A stretch of DNA of 64,000 nucleotides from NCBI GenBank assembly GCA_964187785.1, contig OZ076417.1, positions 22,382,001-22,446,000 of the forward strand, read 5' to 3'. The translations under genes were made by a program, and so were the position numbers. The first letter of the stretch is position 1; every line of letters starts with the position of its first letter. Source of the stretch: Amphiscolops sp. MND2022 (lineage: Eukaryota). Under the pieces are notes generated by a model. It worked only from the letters and a program-made list of their open reading frames with translations. It was not told the origin of the DNA and made no database searches. Positions 23,640-36,299 of this stretch are shown here, piece by piece.

Positions 23640-26600
23640 GTTTGGTTCAGTCTGGTCTCCTGATATCATCTTTCCTTTCAATGAATCGAAGTCAGAGCGT
23701 GAAGGTGTCTGAAGTCACGATTGGCGTTAAGTTTAGAATTATGTCTCAGGTTATATTTTGCTACTCACATTGGTAGGCGGTGATTTCGGGTGTATAGGAG
23801 GACTTGCAAGGGAGGGGGCGTCTTATGTGAGGATTATCCACCACGTCAGTAGTACGATTTGAAAAGTCCGGCGATGAATGAATAGCGTCATCCGTTAATT
23901 GTCCGTCTGTTATTTCTTGTACTTCGATAGCGTGTGATAGTTCTGTTACAGTGTTTCCGTGAAGTTGGTTGTCGAAATTCTTCTCATGATGTAGCGTACC
24001 ATTCGATGTGTGTTATTTTGACGGGTCCTGTAAGTCTTCAGTTAGTTTCACTGTAACATCAGGTGTTCGTTGTTCTGGGACATAAGAGGGATCCGAATAT
24101 GGTGTAACGTCTGTGTGTATATTGTCTCATATGTCCTGATTGTTTAATTATTGTTTGTCAAAACTTTGATTACCATTTACGGTCCTGTCCACATGCGGTC
24201 CTGGAACGCGAACTTTGTCGACTGGTTGTCGGCTTTCGGATTGAGTTTGTAGCAATAGTCTTTTGAGCGGCGCTGCGGACGCTTTGCGGTCGTAAAACTT
24301 TTTGTATTTGATGTAGGATAACAAGATGTTGTCCATTGCTGTCGCGCCTACTTCATCAATCTGTTTTTGTAGCTGGTCTGCTATATCTGCGTTAGGTTTG
24401 GTTTTCCACTTCGGTTTGATCACCAATTTTAGAGGGAGTACATTATAAGGTATTCGTCCGGAAAAAATTGTGGATGGTTCACAACCTAGGGTTTCATGGT
24501 AGCTTGTGTTGTAGTTCATGACTGCTATTTGAACATACCTGTGCCACATCGAGCGTCGTTCACCGTCGATATTCTGTGTGCCGTTTTTATTGAGGCCTGG
24601 ATTCTTTCTAATATCCCGATGGTTTGGGTGGGTTTTGTAGAGGCGTGTCTGATTTGTACTTCCAATGTTTCCGTGATCTCTGCTACCACCTCCGATTGAA
24701 ATTTTGACCCTTTGTCTGATGGGATTAGTGTAGGCAGGTATGCATGTCTAGCCATGACTTGGACAATGAATCGTCCGATTGTTTTTGATGTTACGTTCTG
24801 TGTTAGGTAGGCGAATAGGTATCGCGAAAATACATCTGTCATAGTAACGATGCTTTGGTTGCCTGCATAGTTGGGTAGGTTCGATAGGATATCATTTTCT
24901 AGGATGTCTTCCGGACCCAAGACATGCTCTGTGTTGTTGATCATTTTCGGTCAGATTCGGCAGTTGTTAATTTTTTTCATTTTTGATGCAGTCCTCGCAC
25001 TTCTGTACCCACTGTTTGATTCTTTTTGCAAGGCCGGGACAGTAGTATTTTGATCTGCATTCTTAGATCATTTTTGTTTTTCCAGTCTGTTTTCACATTT
25101 GTTCGTGTATTGCTTTGAGGAGTTATCTGGAGTATCTGGTGGTGTAAGATTTGTCCGTTGTATTTGCTCATTAGTATTTCATCCTTAACTATTAGTCTGT
25201 TTTCGTGGGCTAGTATGCGTTTTGCTCTCGGGTCTGTCTGGAGCAACTGTTTGTCGTATTCTTCACATTTTAGTTTAGAATACGAAGTCTGTGTCTTGTT
25301 CGACTCTGATGCGTGCATCTTCCTTTGTTGCCCCAAAGGTATCTGATGCCTTGTTTAATGGAATTGGGGCTGTTTCTTTGATGGTCATTTTACAATTTTG
25401 TCGTGTCCTCGTCGCGTGCGTTTTATCTTGCTTGTGCCTTCTGTAGTATTATTTCTTCTTCAGTCTCAATTGTTTCTTCTGGTAGGAAGAAAAGTTGTTC
25501 CTCGTCCGCGACGTCTGTGGATTGTAGGATGGCTTGGATTGGTCTGATTGTTATATCTTCTCTGATTTTGAGTTCAATTCTTGACAAAAAATCAGCTACA
25601 GTATTTTCTGTCCCAGCTACGTGCATTTTATGAAAATCTCGAAGTGAGGAAAATTGAAGGTTCGATCACCGTTTGGTGGTTTCTCATGCAGTTTAGTCCT
25701 AATATGGGGAAGGACGTCTTTGATAGTATGATGAATGTGTCGGTCCCGATGATGAAGTCGATATCGGCTGTGGAAATGGGTTGTCCGAGTTGGGCATTTG
25801 CGCAATCTATTTTGAAGGGCGGTTGAGGGTATTCCTTGATGACGAAACTGTCGCTCTTCATCTTGATTGCATTGTAGTCTGAAAAAGACATTGCGTTGAT
25901 GAACGCTTCTGAGTCGACAAGTCCGTCCATAGCAATTTCGCCAGATTCCAGCAGCATGTAAAGCATTCTTCTTCGTTTTTTGAGTGGTATTGTTGAGTGT
26001 AGGGGTATGCACACGTCTCTATCTTTTTCGGTTGTGTATTCTTTGATAGATTTAAGTGAGACGGTGAAAACATCTGGGAAGATGGGTTTCCTGTTGGAGC
26101 CGTTAGCATCTTCCTTGGGTGGCTGTGACGTAGGTTGCTTTTTGTGGGCGTTTTCAGTGTGATCGGCAGTGTGAGCAATGGGTTGGTCCTTGAAGGTAAG
26201 AGAGAACTGTTCATATAGATCTGACCTGTCCCAGCGGTCGCATCTATAGTTTTTGTCAAACACAAAAACTCTTTCTTGATTTGATTCTGGGAGTTGTCTT
26301 TTGGTTGTCATGTATTAATCGTCGGATTCTTCAGTCCATTCTGTTTTTTTGTTGTACTTTTTTGGCCTTGTGTCATTATTTTCTTACAGTTGCATGACTC
26401 TTAGCCAGTCCTCCGCTGGGGTTCCTTTGCAGTTTGATGTTGAGTTGTTGTTATTTCCACTGAGGTGATCTTCTATTGGATACGCCCTCGCGTCTACTGT
26501 TTCCCCTGGCGCACGTGTTTAGTTTTTTGATTCTTCAACAGTTTTAGTTGTCGTAGAGTGGACAGAGTGGTCTGTTTTTCGTTCTTGTTGTTTATGACGC

Positions 26601-27930
26601 TTAGGTCGCAGATCGTTTGCGGCGTTAGCTCCAGTCCAACAACCTTCCGTTTTATGAGGTAAGCTGCAAGTGTCGCATTTGATCGTGTTGCCTGAGTTAG
26701 AGTTAGTTTGGCCATTGTTTTCCCTGGTTTGTTGCCATTTGTCATGTTTTATTTTCCTGCATTCGGCTTTGAAATGGTTAAACTTATTGCAGTAGAAACC
26801 ATAGCCATTTTTAGCGTTTTGGGTTCCATTTTCTGCATGTGTTGTTTCGGCTTGGGGCTGTGCTGTCTCAATTTTGTTTGAAGGGACGAGAGTCACCTCG
26901 CCTGACGTTCCAAGGCCGTTGAGCCTCTTTTTCTCTCTCTAGTTGGAGTACAATGTCATTGTATGGTTTATCTTCAAGATGCGCTCTCTTGAGTATTATC
27001 TTGACGTGATCTGGCATTTCAGCGTGTATAGCCTTATCATTGAACTGCTGGGCTTCTGTCCCAAAGGCTTTTGCTGTTTTTTGGAGTACATCTAAGAACT
27101 CGTGTAATTTTTGTGTTCAGGGATCAAATTTAAGCGCGTCTCATTAACATCTCGCTTTTGTCATTAACAAGTAATCTCCAAAACGACGTTTGAAAATCGT
27201 AATTATTTCATCCAGGGGATGTTTTTTGGAGTCTTCCATATTGAAGATTACTTGCAGAGCGTCACCACGGAATAGGGAGTGAAAAAAATTGTTTTCTGTA
27301 GTTCCGTCAAATGTGGATACATTTTGATATTGTTACGGAAAAGGTCCTCAAATCGTTCAATTTTTGGGATTTCTCATCGCAAGTTCGGGGTGACCCTGTT
27401 AAGGTTTTAGGCATTGGCAGCGTAGTGCTGTCGTTTTTATCGGGCGCGAATAATAACCTAGCTGCTGTGGGACGTTCTTTAGATGCCGGTTAGCATTGAG
27501 ATCTTATTTTTGCTCTCTTTGGTTGATTGGTGTAGGCATTTAAAAATCCTGTCACCATGTTGCCACTTGTACTCGGGTCATTATTATGAGTAGAGTTTAT
27601 TCTTACAGATTTTCTAGGAGTATAAAACCTGCTAAACTTCTTTTCCAGGTCGTTTTCGTCTTCTTCTCTGACGCTTTCTCCTGTTTTAGGTTTTAGCAAC
27701 TTCATCATCTCGTCCTGATATTCTATCAGCAGGGTTTTAATCTTTGAAAGTATTTCTTCCTTCAAAGAATGCGAAAACTTTTAAAGAGTTTATTTTCAAG
27801 CCTGGGGGATTTAGCGTTAGAAGGCCCCGTTGTTGATACGTCTTGGTCTAATGGTTCTGAGTTTTCCACTACGACTGGCGAGACTAAACCTTCACTTATG
27901 TTTTCGGAGCTTTCCTGAAGAATTCCTGTA
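23640..27930 (-). pseudogene. gag-pol: Gypsy gag-pol (frameshifted): gag, CCHC knuckles, protease, RNase H tail, integrase
   Basis: CNKFNHFKAEC and CDTCSLPHKTEGC at 26640-26800; GLVDSEAF at about 25910 (DSG site altered); HVAGTENTVADFLSR at about 25600; integrase ORFs 24977-25336, 24525-24944, 24148-24549 (TDVFSRY, SDKG, G..ER, YNTSYHETLGCEP). Confidence 0.92.
27547..27557 (-). other. Primer-binding site, tRNA-Leu-like
   Basis: TGGTGACAGGA directly follows the LTR end ..GCAACA; one mismatch to the tRNA-Leu-type PBS TGGTGTCAGGA. Confidence 0.65.
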
Positions 27931-29465
27931 TTTTCGGTGAAAAAGTCATCTTGGTCCCTATCTTAATCTAGTATTAGTCATATAACATGATCACAACATT
28001 TAACTCCGACGTCCTTTTCCTTGCCTCTTAATTTAGTATTAGTGTTCTGACATGATCACCAACAATTAACTCCGGCGCTGACGTGCACAACTTTTACCTG
28101 ATTTTGAACTTCAACTTGAAGTTCACTATGACTACTCTTTCAAAACGGCGTATTAAAGGATGATAGAAAAAAAACATTCAATAGTACAGCTAAAAGTGCA
28201 ATTAATTTACAGCTTCTTTTTTGCAAACTAACAAACCGATTAAATGGACGCCCCTACGACGTCGATTTAGACGTATTAACTGTTAACATATCTTAAAGAA
28301 CCATATTAAGACAATAACTTCAACCCTTGTTAACAAATACGTAAAAGATCTACATTCACGTTAGCAACAAACAACAAGCAATGATTGGTAAATATTTATA
28401 CAAAACGATTGTTGTCTACAACGCATTTATCAAAATTTTGAAGAACTAATGACGTCGTTCCAACGTCGAATTTATTGGATCTTTGCACAACTTAAGTATG
28501 AGACAGGGCACGTCAGTATAAACGTATAAAATTAATAACAAAGTGTGAAAATACATTCGTCTAAATACGTTGATGAAATAAACCGTGACTTTTTGTGACA
28601 AATATTGGGAACGTTCGCATTTAAACACATTCAATGCAATCATCACCATTCCGTCCATATCTGATTTATTTTTTACAAAAATGAGCTAGATATTTCATTA
28701 GTGACACCTTCTTTCATTTCTTAGTAGAAGAAAAACATCCAAACACAAAACTGGACTGAAAAATAATGAGGAACTCTCGGTAAATTACATATTCTTAAGC
28801 TGAATGTTGAACGGAGCGCTTAAATCAATAAATAGTGGACGTAGCGTGGACGTGAATTTGATGCTAGACCTAAATAGCCATCAAGGTGTTCGTAAAGTGG
28901 ACGTGAAATCAGGGCTAGCTTTGACTAGTCTGCTAAGCTGTGAGGTCAAAAAGACGTAAATTAGAATTTGTTAGTTAGCTGCTATGAGTTTTTTACGTCA
29001 TAGACAAACATCAATATCGGTTGGCGTAGCTTTGATTGTTTACTTAAAAACGTAATTTCGTTCCATCTCGCATTACTTGCCGTTCAAAGTGCAATTGAGT
29101 TCCATTTCTCAGAATAGGCGTAATCTTTTGTTCTTTGGACTTCAAATGTATTTTCTGTTTTAGATTTAGCTTTGACTTCTGCAACTGTTTGATTCAAGTA
29201 AGATTCAGGTGGGAAATGAATTTGGATATGACGCTATTTAAACGTCTCACAGGATATATGTGGAACATGAATGTTCGTTTTCAGTGTTCGTTCTCACTTG
29301 AGGAATATTGCTCAGATTAGGTATGTATTTCTTATTTAGTCACAGTTTATTCTCAGCTAGTACAAGTTTAAAACCCAAAATATCTTTTTGCTAGTTTTGC
29401 TGTACAGCCATGTCCTCGGCCGTAACCGACTCTCTTGCTTTCCAGTCCGGGAACGGACTGTGACA
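27558..29465 (-). mobile_element. 5' LTR, about 1.9 kb
   Basis: TGTCAC...CAACA on the minus strand; homologous to 18200-19845 and 60024-62152. Confidence 0.85.
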
Positions 29466-30309
29466 CGGGGTATCACCTCAAAGGAGGCAAAGGGGGCAAA
29501 GTTATCAGCTCGGACTTACAGCCTTAACAAAAGCAACACACACATACATTCTTCGGTGACAAAAGCTGCTGATAGATGAGTCAAAACCAGGTTGCTGAGA
29601 ATAATTTGCAACAGCTAAAGGTTCGATAGTCCAAAATGCCAACTTTTGCGCTGAAGAATATGAGTGTTTGTAGGTAAAAATAGGTTTTGTGAGAATATTA
29701 CCGCACTGTTCTAGCATTGGTAAAATAGAGGACGCTAGGGGTATCTGTATTGCTCTGTTCTGAGAACATTTTGGAGAAAAATGGTTTATTCTGACATCAT
29801 GATCAAATTAAGGAATACAAAACTGCGAAAAGCAGCTCTTTGATATCCAATTTTCATCAAAATTAAAGTACGTATGGTGAGGATCTGAATCAAGAAATGC
29901 TTGACAAACAAATATCAAAGCATGGATTCCCGCAAAAACCCGCTTTTATAGGTAACAAATTCATTCCAGATAGCTACAGAACACTAGATGTGCGTAAACC
30001 TTTGTACCACGGTGTGTCCAGAAGGATTTTTATCTTACTTTCAAAAACTTCATAAAACTGTTGTGTTACCTGAGATTGCAACTATTATTCGTTAATTATA
30101 GAAGTTGTAGAGTTGTAGATCTTTTTGAGTTTAATATTTTGCCTGAAATGTTACAATAATGCACTATGGTTCAATTGGTTGCAAATCGAATAATTGGAAC
30201 ATTAACAATGAATACCTGATAACTGAATACACTTTGAAAAGCTTCAGAAGAAGTTAGTCCCCTCCAATTAGGGTGAAATTCAACGGAAACTGGTTCTGAT
30301 TATACTTAC

Positions 30310-30498
30310 AGTAACTCAGGATCTTGACCTGCGTCACAGTGGAGGTTGGTATATTGAGGATTGCGTACTCATCACTACTGCCAAAAGAATGGAAGCAACT
30401 ACTGATAGTTTCAGGAACACCTTCTGGACTATACCCGCGGCTCAATCCCCAGCCCGAGTACTCAGAAGAAGCTTCACCACTTGTAGGGTATATTTGTT
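30310..30498 (-). CDS. Exon encoding the N-terminal half of an F-type lectin-like domain
   Basis: Acceptor TTTCTAACAG|AA and donor TAC T|GTAAGT (both phase 1); QIYPTSGEASSEY..SSCFHS..ILNIPTSTVTQVKILSY is paralogous to the 39242 exon. Confidence 0.8.
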
Positions 30499-30649
30499 CT
30501 GTTAGAAACAAAAAAATACGATTTTGAAAGGATCTCGGGGCTGAAACAAACAAAAATTTCGTTAAGCAACTAAAATTTTGTGTAGAAAAAAGTTTTTGTG
30601 CATCGTTTTGTAGAAATTTTCAAAAGATTATAGGGAAATCGTCTCTTGG

Positions 30650-31250
30650 CGAACCATAAGAGATGCTGGGCTTACTTGCGCAAAGGGCGCAATGTTCGCG
30701 TCATAGACGGTTTCTAACATGAATTACTACAGAACAAAAGTTAGTTTTTGAGAAAGATTCAAATGCTCAATCAGAAATTCCATTACCCGTCATCAGAGAT
30801 TCCAGTGGTCGCAAGTCCTTTGAACGAAAAGTCAAGTATTGTATGCCCTGGACAGGATAACTTGTCAGTACCTATATTTTTCAGAAATTGAAATTTTAGA
30901 CACTGTGGATCTTTTTCTCTTAACGATTACTGACCAAAAATTAATTGTTTGGTTGTTAAAACCAGTTTTTTATTACCACGGGCTCTAAGGCAATGAATAG
31001 TGCAACTCATTCCAGCCGACGCAGCATCTTTTGAAAAATCTACTGAAAAGGATTTCAACCAACAGCCTTTTCGCTGAAATAGCGTTGTTGCCTTCGAGAG
31101 GTTTCATTGCAATTTTGTTTTCGAATATAGAGGTGACTGATCGCAAGTTAAACTCTGAGAGAATTAAAATTTGTTGGCTAATAGACCGTAAATCCCTCCT
31201 AAACCTGCGGACAATTTTCGCGGAAGGCAAGTGAAAGATTTAATAAACAT
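30650..31250 (-). mobile_element. Very decayed LINE RT-like fragment
   Basis: SAGLGGI and SVDFSKD motifs in RT order; many stops. Confidence 0.25.
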
Positions 31251-32058
31251 TTTGGTAACATTCCTTTCTTTTGTTTCATTCTGATCCTTAGGTTGCCGCT
31301 AGGATTGATAAGTAACTGATGCCTCTGGAGGTGTTTCATTAACCACTTGAGAGGCAGTACTCGTCAGCAAAAGTGTTTACTGACACTTTTTAACGTCAAC
31401 AAGAATCTTCAAAGACCAACGGTCGGCGTGAGTACACTTTTGTTTTAGTCAATCACAACACTTCACTAATAAATAAATGAAGAAATTGGCATCACTAAAC
31501 GATTAAGGCGGAAATGATGAAACTAATAATAAAGATGCTGTTTGTTAATGAATGGTGAAATGAACTAAAGGTCCCACATATTTTACTGGCAGGTCGAAGC
31601 TCCTGTTCAGGAACCCCAACTTCTTAACAATTGAATGGAAAAGAGACTCCCCGTCTGTTCGTTAGCCAGAGCTCACTCAGCAAATACTTGTCTGATCAGC
31701 TGTCTTCCAGACTACAGTCGAGTTACTATTCCTTCTGAGTTGCCCCCCAAATTGCTTGGCGCAGTCCGCTACAGAACGATCACCTCACACTCAGCCCCAA
31801 TCATCAACCAACAAGCTAATCACCTACAAGGGTTCAAATTATGCTACTTCAATATGGAAGCAGTGTCAGGTTGGTTCTTTTCAGGTTGTCAAAACTAAAC
31901 ATGATCAGGGTTTTCGCTTGTTAAACTTTCCTTCGTTGATCGTGAATTACTCACTTGAGTTGTGAACAAACTCAGAACTTGCTTCCGAAATTCTAAACGC
32001 TTCAAGATTGATTAGTTTTCAGAAAAATAATAGAGAAATTTTATCTCTTTCCGTTTAG

Positions 32059-35000
32059 GTGAGAAAACAGAGGGCCAACCAGCCCTCGAGGGAACAGAAA
32101 CCATAGAAACTACTACTACTGCAGAAACTGTGTGAACTACTGATGTTTTGCAGCTTCCGCCAGAGGATCGATCTCGTGAAGAGGCCCAACAAATGGACAC
32201 TGAGTCTCCTCCGCAGCTACAGGCAACGGTCACTACTCCTTTCGAAGGCCAACCTCTGGGCACTGACAGTAGTGGATCTAGCGACGGTTGCGGCAGAACA
32301 ATCGCAACTTCGGTCTGAGGCCGGGTCTGACAATCCATCGCGGGAAAGTAAGAGTGGTAGTCTCCTGCTAAACCCCACTAGTAATTTGTCGACTGAAGAA
32401 ACTGGTGTCAAGCCGAGTGTCCCTGCTGTCTCTTGTTTGGATTTTCCGTTCACCTCCTTTCTCTATCGTGGGCCTAGTCAAGGGCGTCCGAAGTCCAGAA
32501 AACAGAAGGTACCTTTACACTGGGAGATTCTGTCGATGTGCCTCCTCCTCCTTGTGTCGAAGCTCCTGTTCAGGGCTCTCAGCTTGCCCCGGTAACACGT
32601 CACCTCGAGAAGACGAGCACTCACTCCTTCACTCAATGTATGCCCCCACTTCTCGCTGCTATGGTGGAGATTTGGAAATTGATGTTGAGTATGAAACCAC
32701 AGGGCTCAACCATTGCAGACGTTATCGCTTCACCCCTGAATTTTGTGCAAAATGACACTAGCGATGCATCCAGCATTGCATCCTTTGTTGAGCCGAGGCC
32801 ATTGGGCAGGACAGAACCTTTAACTTCAAGTAGCCGTCCTTTGATTAAAATAATGTTTTCTTGAAGCTGAGCCATTCTGCATTCCCAAGGGGCATCCCTA
32901 CCATTGCGCTTAATGAGACTCAAATTGGCAGCATTTTATGAGTAGTGGCTGATGAGGCAGCCAAAGCGTGCTACGAAATGATAAAGATCCTCATTGGAAA
33001 CACTAGCGAGCGTAACTTGGCCAGCAGTTTTCAGGTACAATCTGCTTCAAACAAAACCACTGTCTGCAGAAGACCAGCTGTAGCGGCTAGTGAGGTCACT
33101 TCTGAAGATGAGTCCTATGGTTATGTCTGTGATACCAGCGGCGCTCTCAGATAGGACCGCACAATTTTGGCAGCATTGGCTACTCCAAGGAGCATCCTGA
33201 ACCAAGCGAAGGCTCCACTGAGCTTAGCTGTAGCCAACAAGCCTATGAGTCCGCACGTGGCATTTGTTCCGCCGATAGTCCGGGGTTGCAAACACTATCT
33301 TGGCTTCAAGAGGAAGCCATAAAGGAGAAATTCAGATCTTCTCGATCCAAAAATGCTTGGATGTACAGAACTTGCAAGATAATGAAGGCTGCCTACTTCC
33401 GCGGAATGGAGTGGACCAAAACATTTGTTTCGGTCCCAGTCGACCCAAAGTGGAACCCTTACAAATTTTACTGTCCGATTTGTAAGACTAATATCTCTAT
33501 CTTCGCCAAGAGTGCTCGTGAGATTTCAAGACACCATTCTACTGAAAAACATCTCCTGAAGCATCAAAGGGGGAGGTATAATTATTTGGCCACTATTGAC
33601 CCAGTAACGAAGGCTAACATGCATCATGTGAGAGAGGCGACGGTAAGGAGTTAACTACGTATCAATTGGAACTTGAATTACCAAAATTCATTCAAACTGA
33701 GCTAGATGACTTTGGGGAGAAGCTTCAGTTCTCCGAGGAAAACCTATCAGGTACAGAATACATGGCGTCGACATCAGACTGCGGATTCAGATTTCTGTGG
33801 TCAGCCACTTAGTCTCAAAGTATGGTGTCATCTCTGTCCTAAAGAGCCCTTGACGAACCGTATGGGTCCTAGTCAATCACCAAGCTTTCTTTACTGACTT
33901 TGATTGGTTCAAGGAACGTAGCAGGTATCTTCTCTTCAGTATCACATTGCCAAGTATCACTCAGTGAGTGGACTTAGACCCTTTAGGTTGACCTTTAGAC
34001 CGTTTAGCTAGCACATTTTCTCATCCGCTTCTCTATAATTCAGGTCTCACTTCACCACATGTTTATGAGCGTTGTCGATGATCTCGGCACCCGAATTGTC
34101 GCGACAGGAGATTACGCACTCGAGTTTGTGAAGAACGGCGCTTTCCTCTTCATTGACGTCAAATACTGGAAAAACGGAAACCTAACAACCCGAATCGTTT
34201 TGCGACGGGGCGGGTGTTCTTCTGGCCAAACACGCAGAGCTGTATTTGATAAGCAACGTGATGGTTGCATCACGACTAAACCTGCCTTGGTCTGCCGCCT
34301 TGGTTCCACTTATCAAACGATTCACGTTTCCGACGAAAGCCCAAACTGCAGATATGGTAAATACCATCGTCCACGTTTCGAGGAAATATATCTATCGGCA
34401 ATGACGCAAAAAAAAGAAATTCTAGGTTTTTGAACGACTCGACTTCTTTTCAGTCATCGAATACCTCTTGGTATTACTCGGATCAAGCTCTGAATTCGAA
34501 TGGACGCTATTGATCCAGGAACTTGCAAAGGTTCGTACAGTGTCTCTTTTTGTGCACTTCTGGTCAATAATCTGAAGAAGTGATTGTTTGCCTTTAGGCT
34601 AAGGGGACCTGCCAAATTCATTTCCAGACTATTCCCACCCTTTGCCACGAACTAAAAACACATTGGCCGAAAGCAGTCTATTCCCTTACCCAATTTGCGA
34701 TACCTAAGGCAATGCAAGGAGTAAGGAGACTGTTCTGACTTAGGGCTGTTCTGGCATCATACACTCATGGTCCTATTACATCTAAATTTTATTCTTTGTT
34801 GAAGCGTTAAAACCACTAGTGGTCATTCATATGTGACGACTTGTTTGTGAGCACTCTTCTTCCGACTTGTCCGAGACTGTTAGTCCCTTTTTGTTCATTT
34901 CGTCGGGTATTTTTTACTCCGAGCCTAGTCACTTTGTTTCGTTTAAATCTAAGCAGGTTCACCATAAATTCAAAGGGCCGACGAGACCACACAAATCGGG

Positions 35001-36050
35001 AACTTCGCCAATTCCTGCTAACGCTCAGACGGAGGTGCGTGCAACTCAGATGTCGTCCTGCCGAGACTGATCATCCTGTCATCTTGGGCTTCACTTAGCA
35101 GATGCCAAGGCCTTAACTGGGTCTGGCATTTTATCCCGATCGACAATAGGCCCCAAGTTGAACCGAGCATCCAAGCTAACAGAAGAACGCGATAATACCG
35201 AGTAGAAGTTCGAGACAGTAGACGTAGTAATTTCGGCCGTCGGAAACAAGGAAAGAATTTGGAAGATCAGGCTGTAGCCTCGTGGCCTATTTTTTGGGGA
35301 AGCACAAGGGCAGCAGAGGTTTACTTCTGATATCATCAAACGACTCGGGTCATTTGACTGAAAAATCATGCTTTGCGACCCCTCGGAACACGCTTCGTAC
35401 AATTTCAAAGAGTTATTCACAATTCTAAAACACCGTGGCCATTTCCAGGCCAACGAAGAGTTTTTATATACTGAAGAATACCTCTCAATATTAGTTAAGC
35501 TCCGTCGGATCTATCCTAAGATGACTCAACCTACGCTGCTAGTCCCTCTCAGTGTCGAATTGCTATGTAGCCAGCTGTCCCTTAGGACCCGATATCGTCT
35601 TTCGCCGATCTTTCGACTCAGTCGTCTCTGCCTCGACGAGCCCCATGTTGACCTCCCTACTGTAAAGTTTGGATGTAAATGCAGTAATGATTTCAAGCGT
35701 AAATTGGTAGATGTTATCCTTCAAGTACAACTCTACTTAGCCAACGTCATTGGGGCGGTTTTAAGAGTTTAACTTCTGAGGAGTCAGTCAGTCAGTCAAT
35801 TCTTAGACCTTGGGTCTACTTTTGGCAACTCTGATTTGTCTGACACCTACAGCCATTGAGACTTCGTTGACGAGAAGCAATTCTTGTGTCTCTTGATGCA
35901 ACTGCAGATAGTTATCGGAAGAATTCCAGTAAAATCACAGCAAATTCTTCCAGTAAAGCAGATCCGCCAAAGTCCTTTTGTGTTGCAAAGGCCAAGAAGA
36001 GATTCCACAGCTTGTATCAGAGGAACAACTTTCATGGTCCGCTGAGACCC
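32059..36050 (+). pseudogene. Antisense accessory gene of Gypsy remnant 2: acidic/low-complexity N-terminus + BED-type zinc finger + hAT-like body + basic tail
   Basis: Acceptor CCGTTTAG|G at 32058; MEWTKTFV..YCPICKTNISIFAKSAREISRHHSTEKH at 33472-33552; DYALEF..LFIDVKYW; TSDII..FKELFTIL..EEYL; LSPIFRLSRLCL. Many stops and frameshifts. Confidence 0.75.
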
Positions 36051-36299
36051 TCGTTACTAGTTCCAGTAAATACTAAATTTATTTTACCTATATACATATG
36101 TCGTATCTTGTTTCCTCTGTGTATTTATTCATTTGTTGTAGTTATTGCTACTTCTAGACTTTTCGTGTTCTTTGCGGCAAGGTGATTGAGTTGCAAAATT
36201 CTTTGATTCGACAGTTAACAGAGGAGTAGCTGAAGTCTTCTGAGTAGTTAGAAGTTGAGTTTTGGCGTAAGATGTATTTTTCCCCTAGGGCTTTCCATT

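Larger units (their letters stand above)
18200..29465 (-). mobile_element. Ty3/Gypsy LTR retrotransposon, defective (RT deleted), with antisense accessory gene
   Basis: Paired LTRs (27558-29465 and about 18200-19845), PBS, gag with zinc knuckles, protease, RNase H tail and integrase in Gypsy order. Confidence 0.92.
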
